Shown here: one piece after another, positions 1-10,642 of the stretch
Layout: each line of letters begins with the position of its first letter
How positions within the stretch are numbered: the first letter of the stretch is position 1
NCBI RefSeq assembly: GCF_001194135.2
Contig: NC_068981.1
Coordinates: 160,621,728-160,670,459, forward strand
Length of the DNA stretch: 48,732 nt
Direction of reading: 5' to 3'
Origin: Octopus bimaculoides
Taxonomy: Eukaryota
Position numbers and translations under genes: made by a program
The notes under the pieces: model-generated
What the model saw: the letters and a program-made list of their open reading frames with translations, nothing else
Told to the model about the DNA's origin: nothing
Databases searched by the model: none

Positions 1-238
1 GGCACATAAAAGACACCATTTCGAGCGTGGCCGTTTTTGTGCGGGTGACACGTAAAAGCACCCACTACACTCTCTGAGTGGTTGGCGTTAGGAAGGGCAT
101 CCAGCTGTAGAAACTCTGCCAAATCAGACTGGAGCCTGGTGTTGCCATCCGGTTTCACCAGTCCTCAGTCAAATCGTCCAACCCATGCTAGCATGGAAAG
201 CGGACGTTAAACGATGATGATGATGATGATGATGATGA
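1..238 (+). mobile_element. 3' tail of RTE-type retroelement ending in (GAT)n; truncated by window edge
   Basis: Ends CATGCTAGCATGGAAAGCGGACGTTAAACGATGATGAT. It is nearly the exact reverse complement of 7691-7926, which is linked across a gap to an RTE reverse transcriptase fragment. Confidence 0.85.
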
Positions 239-325
239 ACCTATACCCCTGTAATTAGTCATTGTTTCCATATACATTACTTATTTTCCTTTTACAGTTC
301 TCTCTTTAAAAGGGTAAATAAATAC

Positions 326-983
326 CTTTTGTTTGTACCTCTTTGTTAATATTTTCTTGACTATTCAATAAATCTTCTTCAAAAGAAAAATTTTCTGGCT
401 GTTGACCACAATCTAGAGATACTGTATCTGGAATATTTTCATTAGATTCAGTACCTTTTTCAAAAGTTTCATTTGAACATAAAGTCTGTTGTGTTTGTGC
501 ATCAGTCTTTGGTTTTATGTTATCTTTTGGTGCCAATAGCTGTTTCCTTGGCCTACCAACTTTACGCTTTTTTATACTAGTTTGCTTTTGATCTTCATGA
601 GTTGATGAATAAAGAGAATTTACATAATTGATATAGCGCGGATGTTGCCTAACTTCACGACCATGGAGGGAGATCTGAGGTAGTAATAAATTACATGATA
701 TTCCTTTATCAACCATATCCGGTTTTATTAAAGTCTCTTTATGACAACTTGCATTCAGGTCCACATTACATTCTTTGTGTGTATATTCAGAGTCTAAAAG
801 ATGACGAAGAGCTTTTTCCAAATGTGTCAGGGCGATAAACGATCCCGAGACACTTGCTCCCTCAGTAGTCATATTAACAGCAATTTTGTATTTTGACTGT
901 AAATTATCCAAAAATGTCTGATTATTATGAGGTATTGCTTGCATTACTGATGACGATAATAGTCCTGTAAGATGTGAAAATAT
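326..983 (-). CDS. Exon 3 of uncharacterised gene (KH-like segment, AT-hook KKRKVGRPRK, acidic low-complexity region)
   Basis: Open frame IFSHLTGLLSSSVMQAIPHNNQTFLDNLQSKYKIAV...KEVQTK. Acceptor TTTTCAG before 983 is phase 0, matching the exon 2 donor. The 3' boundary is uncertain: donor AAAAG/GTATTT at 326, donor GAG/GTACAA slightly earlier, or read-through to the stop at 306. Confidence 0.8.
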
Positions 984-1516
984 CTGAAAATAGTAAAGAA
1001 AATGCAGTTAAGAAAAGATGAAATAAATAATATAAAGTTAAAATTTAAAGAATTAAATATAAAGATGAAGATAAATAATTATTTCTACACTAACAAAAGC
1101 CACCGATTTGGAGGGAAGGATGTACTGCTTGTACTTGGAGGCAGTGTTCACCAGGTATAAATTGAGTAGGCTCCAAACAGTGAATCCATAAAGATTACTC
1201 GACCCCAGATGACGGGCAAAATCGACAACCTTTCTACCTATGGGATTGTTGTTAGAATGTAAAGGGACGTAACTAATGACTACAAAACATTTTGTTTCTT
1301 CAATATATAAGCACAAGGTCAGAAATTACACATGGCCTGGAACAATGAAAGGCTAGGTTGACATCGGTAGGATCTGAACTCACAATGTAAAGAGACACAC
1401 AAATACCGCAAGGCTTTATTGTCCGATGTCCAACAAATTCAGTCAACCACCGCTCTAACGAAAATTATAATTAAGAAGAAAAAAAAGTTCGTTAAAAAAA
1501 AAAACTGTAATATTAC

Positions 1517-1850
1517 CTCCCCTTGCTCATGAAGGACTTGATCGTATTTCCTCTCGTGCAAGTTGGCAGCAATTCCTTCGAAGGTTGTTTCACCATTGGA
1601 AATAGTATTTGATTCTACACTTGCAGCATCTTCCTTCAACTGAATAAGGGTTGAATTTACAGTGTCTTCACTAAATGGTATGAGTGTCTCAACAACAACA
1701 CGTTGTGGAATATCATACTGTTCTAATCCAGAAACTGTCTGAAGAGTCAAATTTGTAGATGGTAAGTTACTCCATGGAATTTGTCCTTCTTGGAAACAAT
1801 CTGATGGCACTGATACAATTGTAAATGATGCTTGTTCAGGTAAATCATTT
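1517..1850 (-). CDS. Exon 2 of uncharacterised gene (acidic, Ser/Thr/Glu-rich)
   Basis: Acceptor TTTTATTCAG before 1850 and donor GAG/GTAATA after 1517. Open frame NDLPEQASFTIVSVPSDCFQEGQIPWSNLP...QVLHEQGE, starting phase 2 and ending phase 0. Confidence 0.8.
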
Positions 1851-2317
1851 CTGAATAAAAGTAATAGAAAATAAAAATAAAATTAAAAGTATTCTTGAAT
1901 CTATAAATGCTCTTCTTTTGTAAAAGGGAAGGAGATATAATGAGCTCTGGCAAGAGAAGGTAGTGCCCACAACTATTTACAGGGTCTCCAAGACTGAATG
2001 GTGGAAGGGAGAAAGATATCCTCAAACCAGAGAATGCTTGCACCAGAGTGGATTGCTAAAGGCATCCAAAGCACCAGGAAGTGATGTTAAACTGAGTCTA
2101 CCACCAAAGTAGGCTAAAGTAGGATTTGAACCCAGAAGGCAAAGACCCAGAACAAATACTGCAAGACATCTGAGAGGTTCTTACACTTCCCCGAATCCAC
2201 CAGCCTAGATTGCTGTTTTTTTTATTCCAAAAAGATGAAATGCAAAGTTGATCCCAGTAGGAGTTGAACTCAAAGTCACAACAAATACAGTGAGGCATTT
2301 TATTTGATGCTCTAAAG

Positions 2318-2609
2318 TAGTGGTTCCCAAACGTTTTCGAGCTGCCACCCCCCTTGACACCCAGGCCACATTCCTAACGCCCCCACTCCAACTAACCATA
2401 ACAAACATAGACTTCTTTCTGAAGCAAATTCAAAGCAACTGTATTTCACAAATAAAACTTATGAACCATTATTTTATTGCTTTTACATGAATCACTACCC
2501 CATTATCTCCCTACATTTTACATGAATCGCTACCTCATTATCCATTATTGCCCTACTCTTCTGCAACGCTCCCGGGCGGGGGGGATACCATCCACTTTAG
2601 GAACCAATG
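2318..2609. mobile_element. hAT (Charlie-like) MITE, 292 bp
   Basis: Termini TAGTGGTTCCCAAAC and CTTTAGGAACCAATG, with a perfect 8-bp target-site duplication CTCTAAAG at 2310-2317 and 2610-2617. Confidence 0.85.
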
Positions 2610-2929
2610 CTCTAAAGAATCTGCCAATTCACCATGTTTACTGGTATTACTTTATTGATGCTAAAGACAAAGTAGAGTCTGCTGGAATTCAAGCTCACAG
2701 TTCAGAATCTATTATAAATCAAGTGTAATGCTTAACTCCACATAAAATTTTCTAAAAATGCATATATCATGTAAAGGAAAGGCCTAATAAGTATGAATTT
2801 GGTGCTACTTGAAAACTACTGGAAATGTTGCAACATGAAAGCTTTATATATCAGATGAACCCATTGTACAATCCATTATAACAGGACATTTGGATACATT
2901 TAGTTGGGAGGGGCTAAAAAAAGGTCAGT

Positions 2930-3170
2930 GAAACCATGTGGCCTAGTGGTTAGTGTTGAATTCATGATTTTATGGTTGTGTTTCAATTTCCAGACTGGGT
3001 GGTATGGTGTGCTCTTAAGTAAAATGCTTCATTTCATACTGCTCTTGTCCATTCAGTTGAAAATGCATATGAGCAACAGCTGGGGATCAACCCTGCAATA
3101 GACTGATATGTCATTCAAAAGGGTTTCTTAGTCACTTATGCAACACAGAAACCAGAATAAGCTCCAGCCT
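2930..3170 (+). mobile_element. Degenerate tRNA-derived SINE with CORE-like segment
   Basis: A-box-like TGGCCTAGTGGTTAG followed by CTTAAGTAAAATGCTTCATTTCATACTGCTC. It is a diverged relative of 4495-4822. Confidence 0.55.
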
Positions 3171-3439
3171 GAGACATGGTTTTAGACCAAAGCTAAGTAA
3201 GATAGAAGTTATCAAGTTAGGATGAGATAAAAGCTAAAATGAGGACAGTTTGGTGATGGGCCAAAGATTATACATCACGAGAAAACACTTAGTAATCTAG
3301 CACATTACTCTTTCTTATGCAGTCCAGAATATGCCTGTACATAACGTGCACACTTGGACAAATGAGTTTTATATTTTATTTAGAGTTGAGAGACTCTGTC
3401 TTATGGAGAATATTTGATCAACATGGAAGGTTATCAGAG

Positions 3440-4050
3440 ACTAGAAAACTTAACATTTTTACAGAAAGTAATGGGTTTTTTTAGCTGTGTTCATGATGCC
3501 ATTTGAGATAGGTAGTATTGCATTTTGCTTCTGTTAAATGAGTCTGGACAGTGATAGAATGCTTTCTGAGTTTCAATTCCTGGAGGACAAGCATGTCTGT
3601 CTGAGGAGTTGAGATTGAGTATAAAGCCTGTATATTGGAAGGGAGAGAGAAGTAGAATATTACCTACATAAGAGTGGATGTGGTTAAAGGTAACATATAG
3701 GTTTTTTTTTTTTAAATATAGAGAAAGATAAAATGTGTAAGAGGTAACTAAACCCTGATGTTCCTTCAAGATGATAGAATTAAAATAGGAAAGAGCTCTA
3801 TCACTAAACAATATGATGGAACAACCTGACTGGAAGCTTCTGACCTACATGACCAATGACAGATAAATCTCAGAGGTAGGTAATTTTGCAAAAAATGTTG
3901 CATGTCAGGACACAGCCAGATGTTTTGCATCATGGAGTGTGCAGAATGGTCCTCAGCTGAAAACATGCAGTGGTAAATTGTATGAGGAGAGGTAGTAGAG
4001 TCACTGTCTAGATCTTAAGTGTTTTTTGTCATGTGCAAGGCACCATTTAA
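3440..4050 (-). pseudogene. Highly decayed LINE reverse transcriptase remnant (CR1/L2/Jockey-like)
   Basis: Broken frames give STTSPHTIYHCMFSAEDHSAHS (resembles the ...IHCYADDSTLH context) and ...RSKMQYYLSQM (resembles RPxMEYCSHIW). The similarity was judged by eye only. Confidence 0.35.
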
Positions 4051-4150
4051 AGAATACAAACTTCCTTCTTTTAGCTAGAGAAGTAGTAGCCTATTAATCA
4101 TTCAATATCTTTATCATTCAGGTCACATACACAGTATTAAATGTATATTA

Positions 4151-4356
4151 AGGTGGCAAGATGAAAGAATTGTTGGCATGCCAAGGAAATTGCTTAGCAG
4201 CATTTCATCTGTCTTTGCATTCTGGATTCAAATTCTGAGGTTAATTTTGCCTTTCATCCTTTCAGAGTTGATGAAATGAATATTGGTTGAGCCCTGGGGG
4301 CAAAATAATCGACATCTTCCTTGCAAATTTCAGGGCTTGTGCCTATAGTAAAAAGG
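4151..4356 (+). mobile_element. tRNA-derived SINE family C (GCCTTTCATCCTTTC...AAATAAGTACCAG core)
   Basis: Recurring family with further copies at about 11866-11985 and 11998-12215 (+), 15001-15210 (-), 30291-30445 (-), 30818-31026 (+), 32655-32870 (+), 45640-45820 (-), 1340-1430 (-) and 2100-2270 (-). From memory the core resembles the Meta-SINE domain; this is unverified. Confidence 0.8.
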
Positions 4357-4494
4357 CTTATTAAATGAATACAGAATAAGAGACTGATTGAATAAGTACC
4401 ACGCTTAAGATACAAGTCCTGGTGTCAATTTTTTTGATTAAAACCGTTCAACATGACCAGTCAATCGTCTGAAACAAAATAAAAGAATTGCTGA

Positions 4495-4822
4495 GACCCC
4501 CTTCGGTCATGACTGACCATGGGATTGCACCTAGAAAGTTACCCTTCCAGGCACAAGTCCGGGTAAGGTTGTTTATGGAAGACCAGCAGTCGCTCATGCA
4601 TACCGGACTCCCCTCTCCACGCCACCAGTGTTATTCAAGGGAAAGGCAAAGGCCGATACAGCTTGGCACCAGTGACGTCGCAACTCATTTCTACAGCTGA
4701 GTGAACTGGAGCAACGTGAAATAAAGTGTCTTGCTCAAGAACACAACATGCAGCCCGGTTCGGGATTCGAACTCACAACCTCACGATCGTAAGTTCGACG
4801 CCCTAACCAATGAGCAAATGCA
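4495..4822 (-). mobile_element. tRNA-derived CORE-like SINE, well preserved
   Basis: Minus-strand head with A box (CTCATTGGTTAGGG) and B box (GAGTTCGAATCCC), then TTGAGCAAGACACTTTATTTCACGTTGCTCCAGTTCACTCAGCTGTAGAAATGAG. Related copies lie at 24700-24985 and 40545-40628. Confidence 0.85.
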
Positions 4823-6331
4823 TCTTTCAACTTCCACATTTTCTTATTTTTAAGTTCATTCATAGTATACTAGGAGCTCATCACATAAAATCCCACACAG
4901 CAAATGAATGTTAAGGAACACGTTCCACCCCCTATAATTACATCCTCATCAAGTCAATATTAACTGAGTTTTTGTCTCATCTAAGCCAGTTTGTTTTACT
5001 AAAACTGTTGTTGCAAATGATGAAAATTATAGTACTTCCCAGGATTGCACTATATTTCTTTTATTTTTTTAAATCGGACAACATGTTATGTACATTAAAT
5101 TCTAACTTTCAAAGGTAAGAATCCCATTGAATATACTGAATTGTCGACTAAGTAAATCTGGCTCTTTTATTGTTCACTTTTCTGCATTCCGTTCTGTGCC
5201 GTGCATGCACTTTTAGCTTTCAATACTCTCTTTACCTCCCCCTTCCCCCGATTTAGTACATTGTATACAATAAGCTCATTTATATATTTTTAGTTTATTC
5301 GAAAAATTTTCGTTACTTTATAACATATTCCGCTTTATTTTACTAAGATGATCAGTGTTCAAAAGAGCCCTGACATAGTTGCTGTTGATGTTCGGGTAAA
5401 CAACAGGCTTTAAGAATTAATTCTAGAGTAACCAACACTTATTTCATGACGACGCATGTTGTTTACGGACTCCACAGTTTCTTTTAGGAGGAGGGGGAGT
5501 GTCAGTGTGACAGGTTTGTTTGTTTATGCATCTCAAATATAATAAATATTGCAAGGAATTATGAACAATAAATTATACCGTTTCATATGGGAACCAACGA
5601 AACTGGCCTGTCCCCAGTCGCTCAATCTGCTAGAAATAGTAACCAATTCTCCTCCAAATAACACCCTACGCTTTCAAAACATAGAAGCAATTTATACTGG
5701 AGTTGTAGAATTTTTAGTGACTTTATTAACTAAAATATTTCCAAAATTTTAAAAATTCACTTCTAGATTGCAACGTTTGAATTTCTATTCAATGAATGCC
5801 TTGAAAGAGCAAAAATAAGCTACTATTTAAATGCTATTGTTTTTTAAGTTAGCCGTGAACGAGCTGACTGCCAATCAAGAATGCCGATCATGAGCATCTG
5901 GTATTATTTTTCAGACTCATCTTTTTCGTTTTATATATCTTTTTATGACAGTGGGGTTTAATTCAGGGGAAAATTGACTGCTATTGCTAGCAGGTTGAGC
6001 GTCTGCGCAGAGGCTTTCTCGCTATTTTATAAACTGAAGTTATCACAACAAAATACTAAAAAAATATATTTCTGATCTATGGTGGTGTTTTTCATCGATT
6101 TTTTTGTTCATTGAGAAGGTGGGGATCAAAAACATTATTTTGTAAAATTCTATATATCCGCTGCATTTCACCCAAATTTAAACAATGTAGTTGGGTAAAG
6201 TGTCAGATGCGATACAAAAGCCCGAAGAGAGAGAGAAATGCGGACTGAATGATAGATCCGGGCACCTAGCGAGCTCACTAGGAAATGGGATCTACACAGA
6301 GAAAACGAACAAATGTAATTAGCATACTTAC

Positions 6332-6363
6332 TGATCAATATTATCATTTAAATCTTTTTCCAT
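6332..6363 (-). CDS. Probable first coding exon of the uncharacterised gene (MEKDLNDNID)
   Basis: ATG at 6363-6361 and consensus donor CA/GTAAGTAT after 6332. Phase 2 joins exon 2 as CAA (Gln). Intervening exons cannot be excluded. Confidence 0.6.
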
Positions 6364-7282
6364 TTATAAAAATAAACAGCTAAATAAAAGCACTTAGCCA
6401 GAGTTAGTTAGAAAATTAAAACACTCAATGTTTAAAAAATCCAACAAATAAACGGAAACTTTTTTTAATATTAGAAAGTGAGGTTAATGTACTCCTATAA
6501 TTTGATTGGTTACGAATAAATATTTCTTTATGCTAGTTTATTTCTTTAAATTAATATTTTCCTTTTTATAAAGGTTAAATTTTGCGAATTAAATCATATT
6601 TATTTTTTCCAACATATTTAAAACCACTTTGAAATTAAGTTATTAAATATAAGTAGAAAATATAATATATTTTAAATATTGTCATGTACATCGCAATGTC
6701 CGGCTTTCATTTGGAGAAGTAGCTGAATTGTAAATATGACATTTTAACTTATTTATGCTATTTAAGAATATATTGTATGCTATTATCAACGTTGATTCTT
6801 CAATGTGAATTTTTAAATACTATGTTAACATTAAATTAGTGCAGACTTTTCTCATTTTTCCATTCATTAAGTAAGTATTTCACCATCGCACTCGGACATT
6901 TTCCAGTCTATTTCTGTTCTGTTCTCTTTTTAACAATTATTTTGAATTTCTTCATTATTTATGATACTATTCTTAAATAGTACATTCAGCAAAAATATTC
7001 ATTGATTTCTTTTTCTTTATTCTAATTATTGGCATAGTCTGATATAAAGCATGGTTACGTTTTTATGGTTTTATTTTTCAAAACAAAAACTTGGTATGTC
7101 TTTTTTCTTGGTCGAGCAAACCTGCGATCAAAGACATTCCAGTCTATCTTATTTTTGAAATATAATGTCTATTTGTTCTAAACTCAAGCATCGCTTAGAT
7201 ATATTCTTCCCTTTTTGTGTCGACAGATTTTGATTTGAATGCGATTTGGCGGCTATTTCTACGAGCTTGGACGACTTCTATC
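6364..7282. promoter_or_regulatory. Probable bidirectional promoter and 5'-UTR region between the divergent gene and MED24
   Basis: Lies between oppositely oriented start codons (6363 minus, 7283 plus) and is nearly free of long repeats. CpG dinucleotides are visibly more frequent from about 5100 to 7700 than in the introns. A plus-strand donor GTAAGT at 6871 and acceptor ...GTCGACAG at 7226 suggest a non-coding first exon. Confidence 0.55.
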
Positions 7283-7292
7283 ATGAAAAAAG
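7283..7292 (+). CDS. MED24: Probable MED24 start exon (ATG AAA AAA G)
   Basis: Donor AG/GTGAGT at 7293. Phase 1 joins the acceptor at 10468 in frame with the downstream ATG at 10492, giving MKKETHKLTENMVADSK. Confidence 0.55.
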
Positions 7293-7690
7293 GTGAGTTC
7301 TGACATTTCGAAAGGCGAAACCTTTCTCTTTTGTTTTTATACTGGTGCAGATCTCCCTTGGGTGATCCTTGAGTTTCATATTCTAGTTTCACTTTTGCAA
7401 ATGGCAGCTAGTATCATCTTGTTTAGCAGCCGACAAGTTTTTTTACTTTGACTTGCAATTGTGTTCATTGTTATTGTTGTCGTTCATTTTATTCTTTTAT
7501 TTGTTTGTATGTGCGTATGCGTATCTGTGCGCGCGTGCTATTAGATTAAGTTCCATTTACTTAAGCATTCAGTCTCTCTGTGTGAACTCTCTTGGGAGGG
7601 TCTATATAAATCAGTTTAGAATTTGTTGTCATATAATTCGTCAACATGGAGAAAACCTCCGTCAGGGTCCCTCACTCTGTGATCAGTGGT

Positions 7691-8772
7691 CATCATCATC
7701 ATCATCATCGTTTAACGTCCGCTTTCCATGCTAGCATGGGTTGGACGATTTGACTGAGGACTGGTGAAACCGGATGGCAACACCAGGCTCCAGTCCGATT
7801 TGGCAGAGTTTCTACAGCTGGATGCCCTTCCTAACGCCAACCACTCAGAGAGTGTAGTGGGTGCTTTTACGTGTCACCCGCACGAAAACGGCCACGCTCG
7901 AAATGGTGTCTTTTATGTGCCACCCGNNNNNNNNNNNNNNNNNNNNNNNNNNNNNNNNNNNNNNNNNNNNNNNNNNNNNNNNNNNNNNNNNNNNNNNNNN
8001 NNNNNNNNNNNNNNNNNNNNNNNNNNNNNNNNNNNNNNNNNNNNNNNNNNNNNNNNNNNNNNNNNNNNNNNNNNNNNNNNNNNNNNNNNNNNNNNNNNNN
8101 NNNNNNNNNNNNNNNNNNNNNNNNNNNNNNNNNNNNNNNNNNNNNNNNNNNNNNNNNNNNNNNNNNNNNNNNNNNNNNNNNNNNNNNNNNNNNNNNNNNN
8201 NNNNNNNNNNNNNNNNNNNNNNNNNNNNNNNNNNNNNNNNNNNNNNNNNNNNNNNNNNNNNNNNNNNNNNNNNNNNNNNNNNNNNNNNNNNNNNNNNNNN
8301 NNNNNNNNNNNNNNNNNNNNNNNNNNNNNNNNNNNNNNNNNNNNNNNNNNNNNNNNNNNNNNNNNNNNNNNNNNNNNNNNNNNNNNNNNNNNNNNNGACA
8401 TTACACATCCAACGGAGCATACTGGCTTCATTCCTTGCGAGCTTACGTATGTCCTCAGCAGTTACAGCCCATGTTTCACTGCCATGTAGCATGGTTGTTC
8501 GTACGCATGCGTCATACAGTCTGCCTTTTACTCTGAGTGAGAGTCCCTTTGTCGCCAGCAGGGGTAAGAGCTCTCTAAACTTTGCCCAGGCTATTCTTAT
8601 TCTGGCAGCTACACTTTCAGCGCACCCACCCCCACTACTAACTTGGTCGCCCAGATAGCGGAAGCTATCGACTACCTCTAGTTTTTCACCCTGGAATGAG
8701 ATAGAAGTTGTTTCCTGTTTGTTTGCAGTCTTTATTGCACCTGAACATCTGCCACAAACAAAAACTAACTTG
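7691..8772 (-). mobile_element. 5'-truncated RTE-clade LINE: RT C-terminal region, gap, 3' tail with (GAT)n
   Basis: 8397-8772 translates without stops as FVCGRCSG...LEVVDSFRYLGDQVSSGGGCAESVAARIRIAWAKFRELLPLL...LYDACVRTTMLHGSETW. 7691-7926 is the 3' UTR/tail, with an N gap between the two parts. Confidence 0.9.
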
Positions 8773-10468
8773 CTTGCTTGCTTGCTCCCCGAGGAATATA
8801 CAGGTGTCGCTGTCAGTAAGATGAGAGCCATGAATTTAGTGTACATGTAGGAGTTCACTAGGGCTCGATTTTCAATGCCCTCCTATTCGTCATTGTTCTT
8901 CAAGTCATAACAGAAAAACTTAAAACTGGTTGCCCCTGAACTACTACTATATGCTGGTGACCTTATTTTTTTTTATTATAGTATCGTAAGAGGAATTAGA
9001 AAAGACATTCTAGATGCAAAAAGCAAAACCTAGCTTCAAAGAGCTTTCACAAGTAAACAAGATTCTACACCAAAGTAAAATATTCTTGTTTCATAGAAAC
9101 TGAAATGATGACAAATTGAAATTATAACTGTCTTGTGTTTAATTTCTTGTTGCTGCAAAAAGACATCAGTTTGTATGTCTTACAAACTAGTACTAATTTT
9201 GCCACTGTCCAAAATATTCAAGATTTGTCTGAGGACTGTGTAAAGCCTTCTCAAATCAGTTTGTAACTTGATAAATTTTAATACCCCTACAATACTCTAT
9301 ACTTTTGCCCCCAGTCTTTCTCAGCAGACATGAAGACAAGAAACCCACCTTCCAAGGCAATCTTAAATTCACAGAAAGTTCATCCAGGTATGATATTCTA
9401 CTCCTCTAGGAAAAACTAATATAATTAAGCAACTGCTTTCATGTGTTCTTTGCTAAACAGAACCTCGGGAAAATTAACACTTTCAAATCATTAACACTTC
9501 ACATCCAAAATTCCAGTATTGGCATCACTTAGATCATCTTGATTATTCAAAACACTGGAAATCAGTCAGTATATTTTATTGTTTGCAAACAGGAAATTGT
9601 ACTATGGAACATTTATTTGCAACATTGACGCTAAAATAACTACCTTCCCTTCCAACTTGAGATTAACAATCCAACAGATCCATGAGTTAGCTGATGCTGC
9701 CTTCTTCTTGCAAATAGTCCACACACTATTAAAAATAACCCTATTCTGGCCTTATATTCTTGAATAGAAAACTTAAGTCCTCAACCATTGACAGTCTTGT
9801 TTTAAATGTCTGCTATGCATCTTTAAGATTCAGCAAACTACTTGCAGATAAACATCACATGTCTCAAATGTGCTCAACACCATAACTAACAGAAATTCAT
9901 GTGCAGAAATACAAACCTGACTAACACTTGCAAAGATTTTTTTTTTTTATGCTTTAAACTAATGGCAAATAATCCTTATACATTTAAAACCACTTAAAAC
10001 AGTAATTCAGATTTAACATTAAAAAAAAACCCTATGTGTCTGTAGTGTAACATTAAGTACATTAGACAATAACTTTAGAAAAAGGAATGGCAGTAAATTA
10101 AATTTGTATTCTAAAACATCAATATTGATAATTTTATACTAAAATTGATATTTAGATTTTATTTGTTTTCTATGTAGGTATAAAAAGTTGTTAGTTTAAG
10201 GAGTTCAACTACTCGCTGTTGTGTCATGAGTTGAAATTTATCTACAGCCATTGGAATCTCATAGTCAAGTCATTACTGTGCTTGTATCATTAAAGTTATC
10301 AATTCATATACAAATGTCTCAAACTTGCAAAACATCTGAGCCCTGTTACCTTAAAAACTCATGTAAAACTCTAAATGAAATTTTATACGTTTAGTCAAGT
10401 TATGCTATTAATTGCTGCTTACTGTATTTGTTTTTGTTTTTTTAATTTTGTAATTTATATTTTTGCAG

Positions 10469-10642
10469 AGACGCATAAATTAACAGAAAATATGGTTGCA
10501 GATTCTAAAACTGATTCTGTTTCCAGCCTCGTGAGAGCTGTGCTTGTGAAAGCATGGCGAGAGCGATGGAATGAAATAAGATGGGGAGTTTGCTTGAAAC
10601 GAGTTCTTGCTAGCTACCCTGAAGAAAACTGTGACCTTGCTG
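10469..10642 (+). CDS. MED24: MED24 exon (ATG at 10492: MVADSKTDSVSSLVRAVLVKAWRERWNEIRWGVCLKRVLASYPEENCDLA)
   Basis: Matches the MED24 N-terminal motif as I recall it (human LKQAILQAWKERWSDYQWAINMKK). TTTTGCAG acceptor and G/GTTGGT donor, phase 1. Confidence 0.92.

Noticed and set aside
7764-8658. Long ORFs in several frames across 7764-8658 (also 31042-31730 and 47953-48731)
   Set aside because: They are artefacts of N runs translated as X, or of microsatellites. Only the RTE frames (8397-8772 minus, 48457-48732 plus) are meaningful.
9000-9930. About 0.9 kb of complex non-microsatellite sequence that might be a decayed LINE endonuclease region on the minus strand
   Set aside because: Only vague motif similarity by eye, with stops in all frames; it needs a TBLASTX or HMM search.
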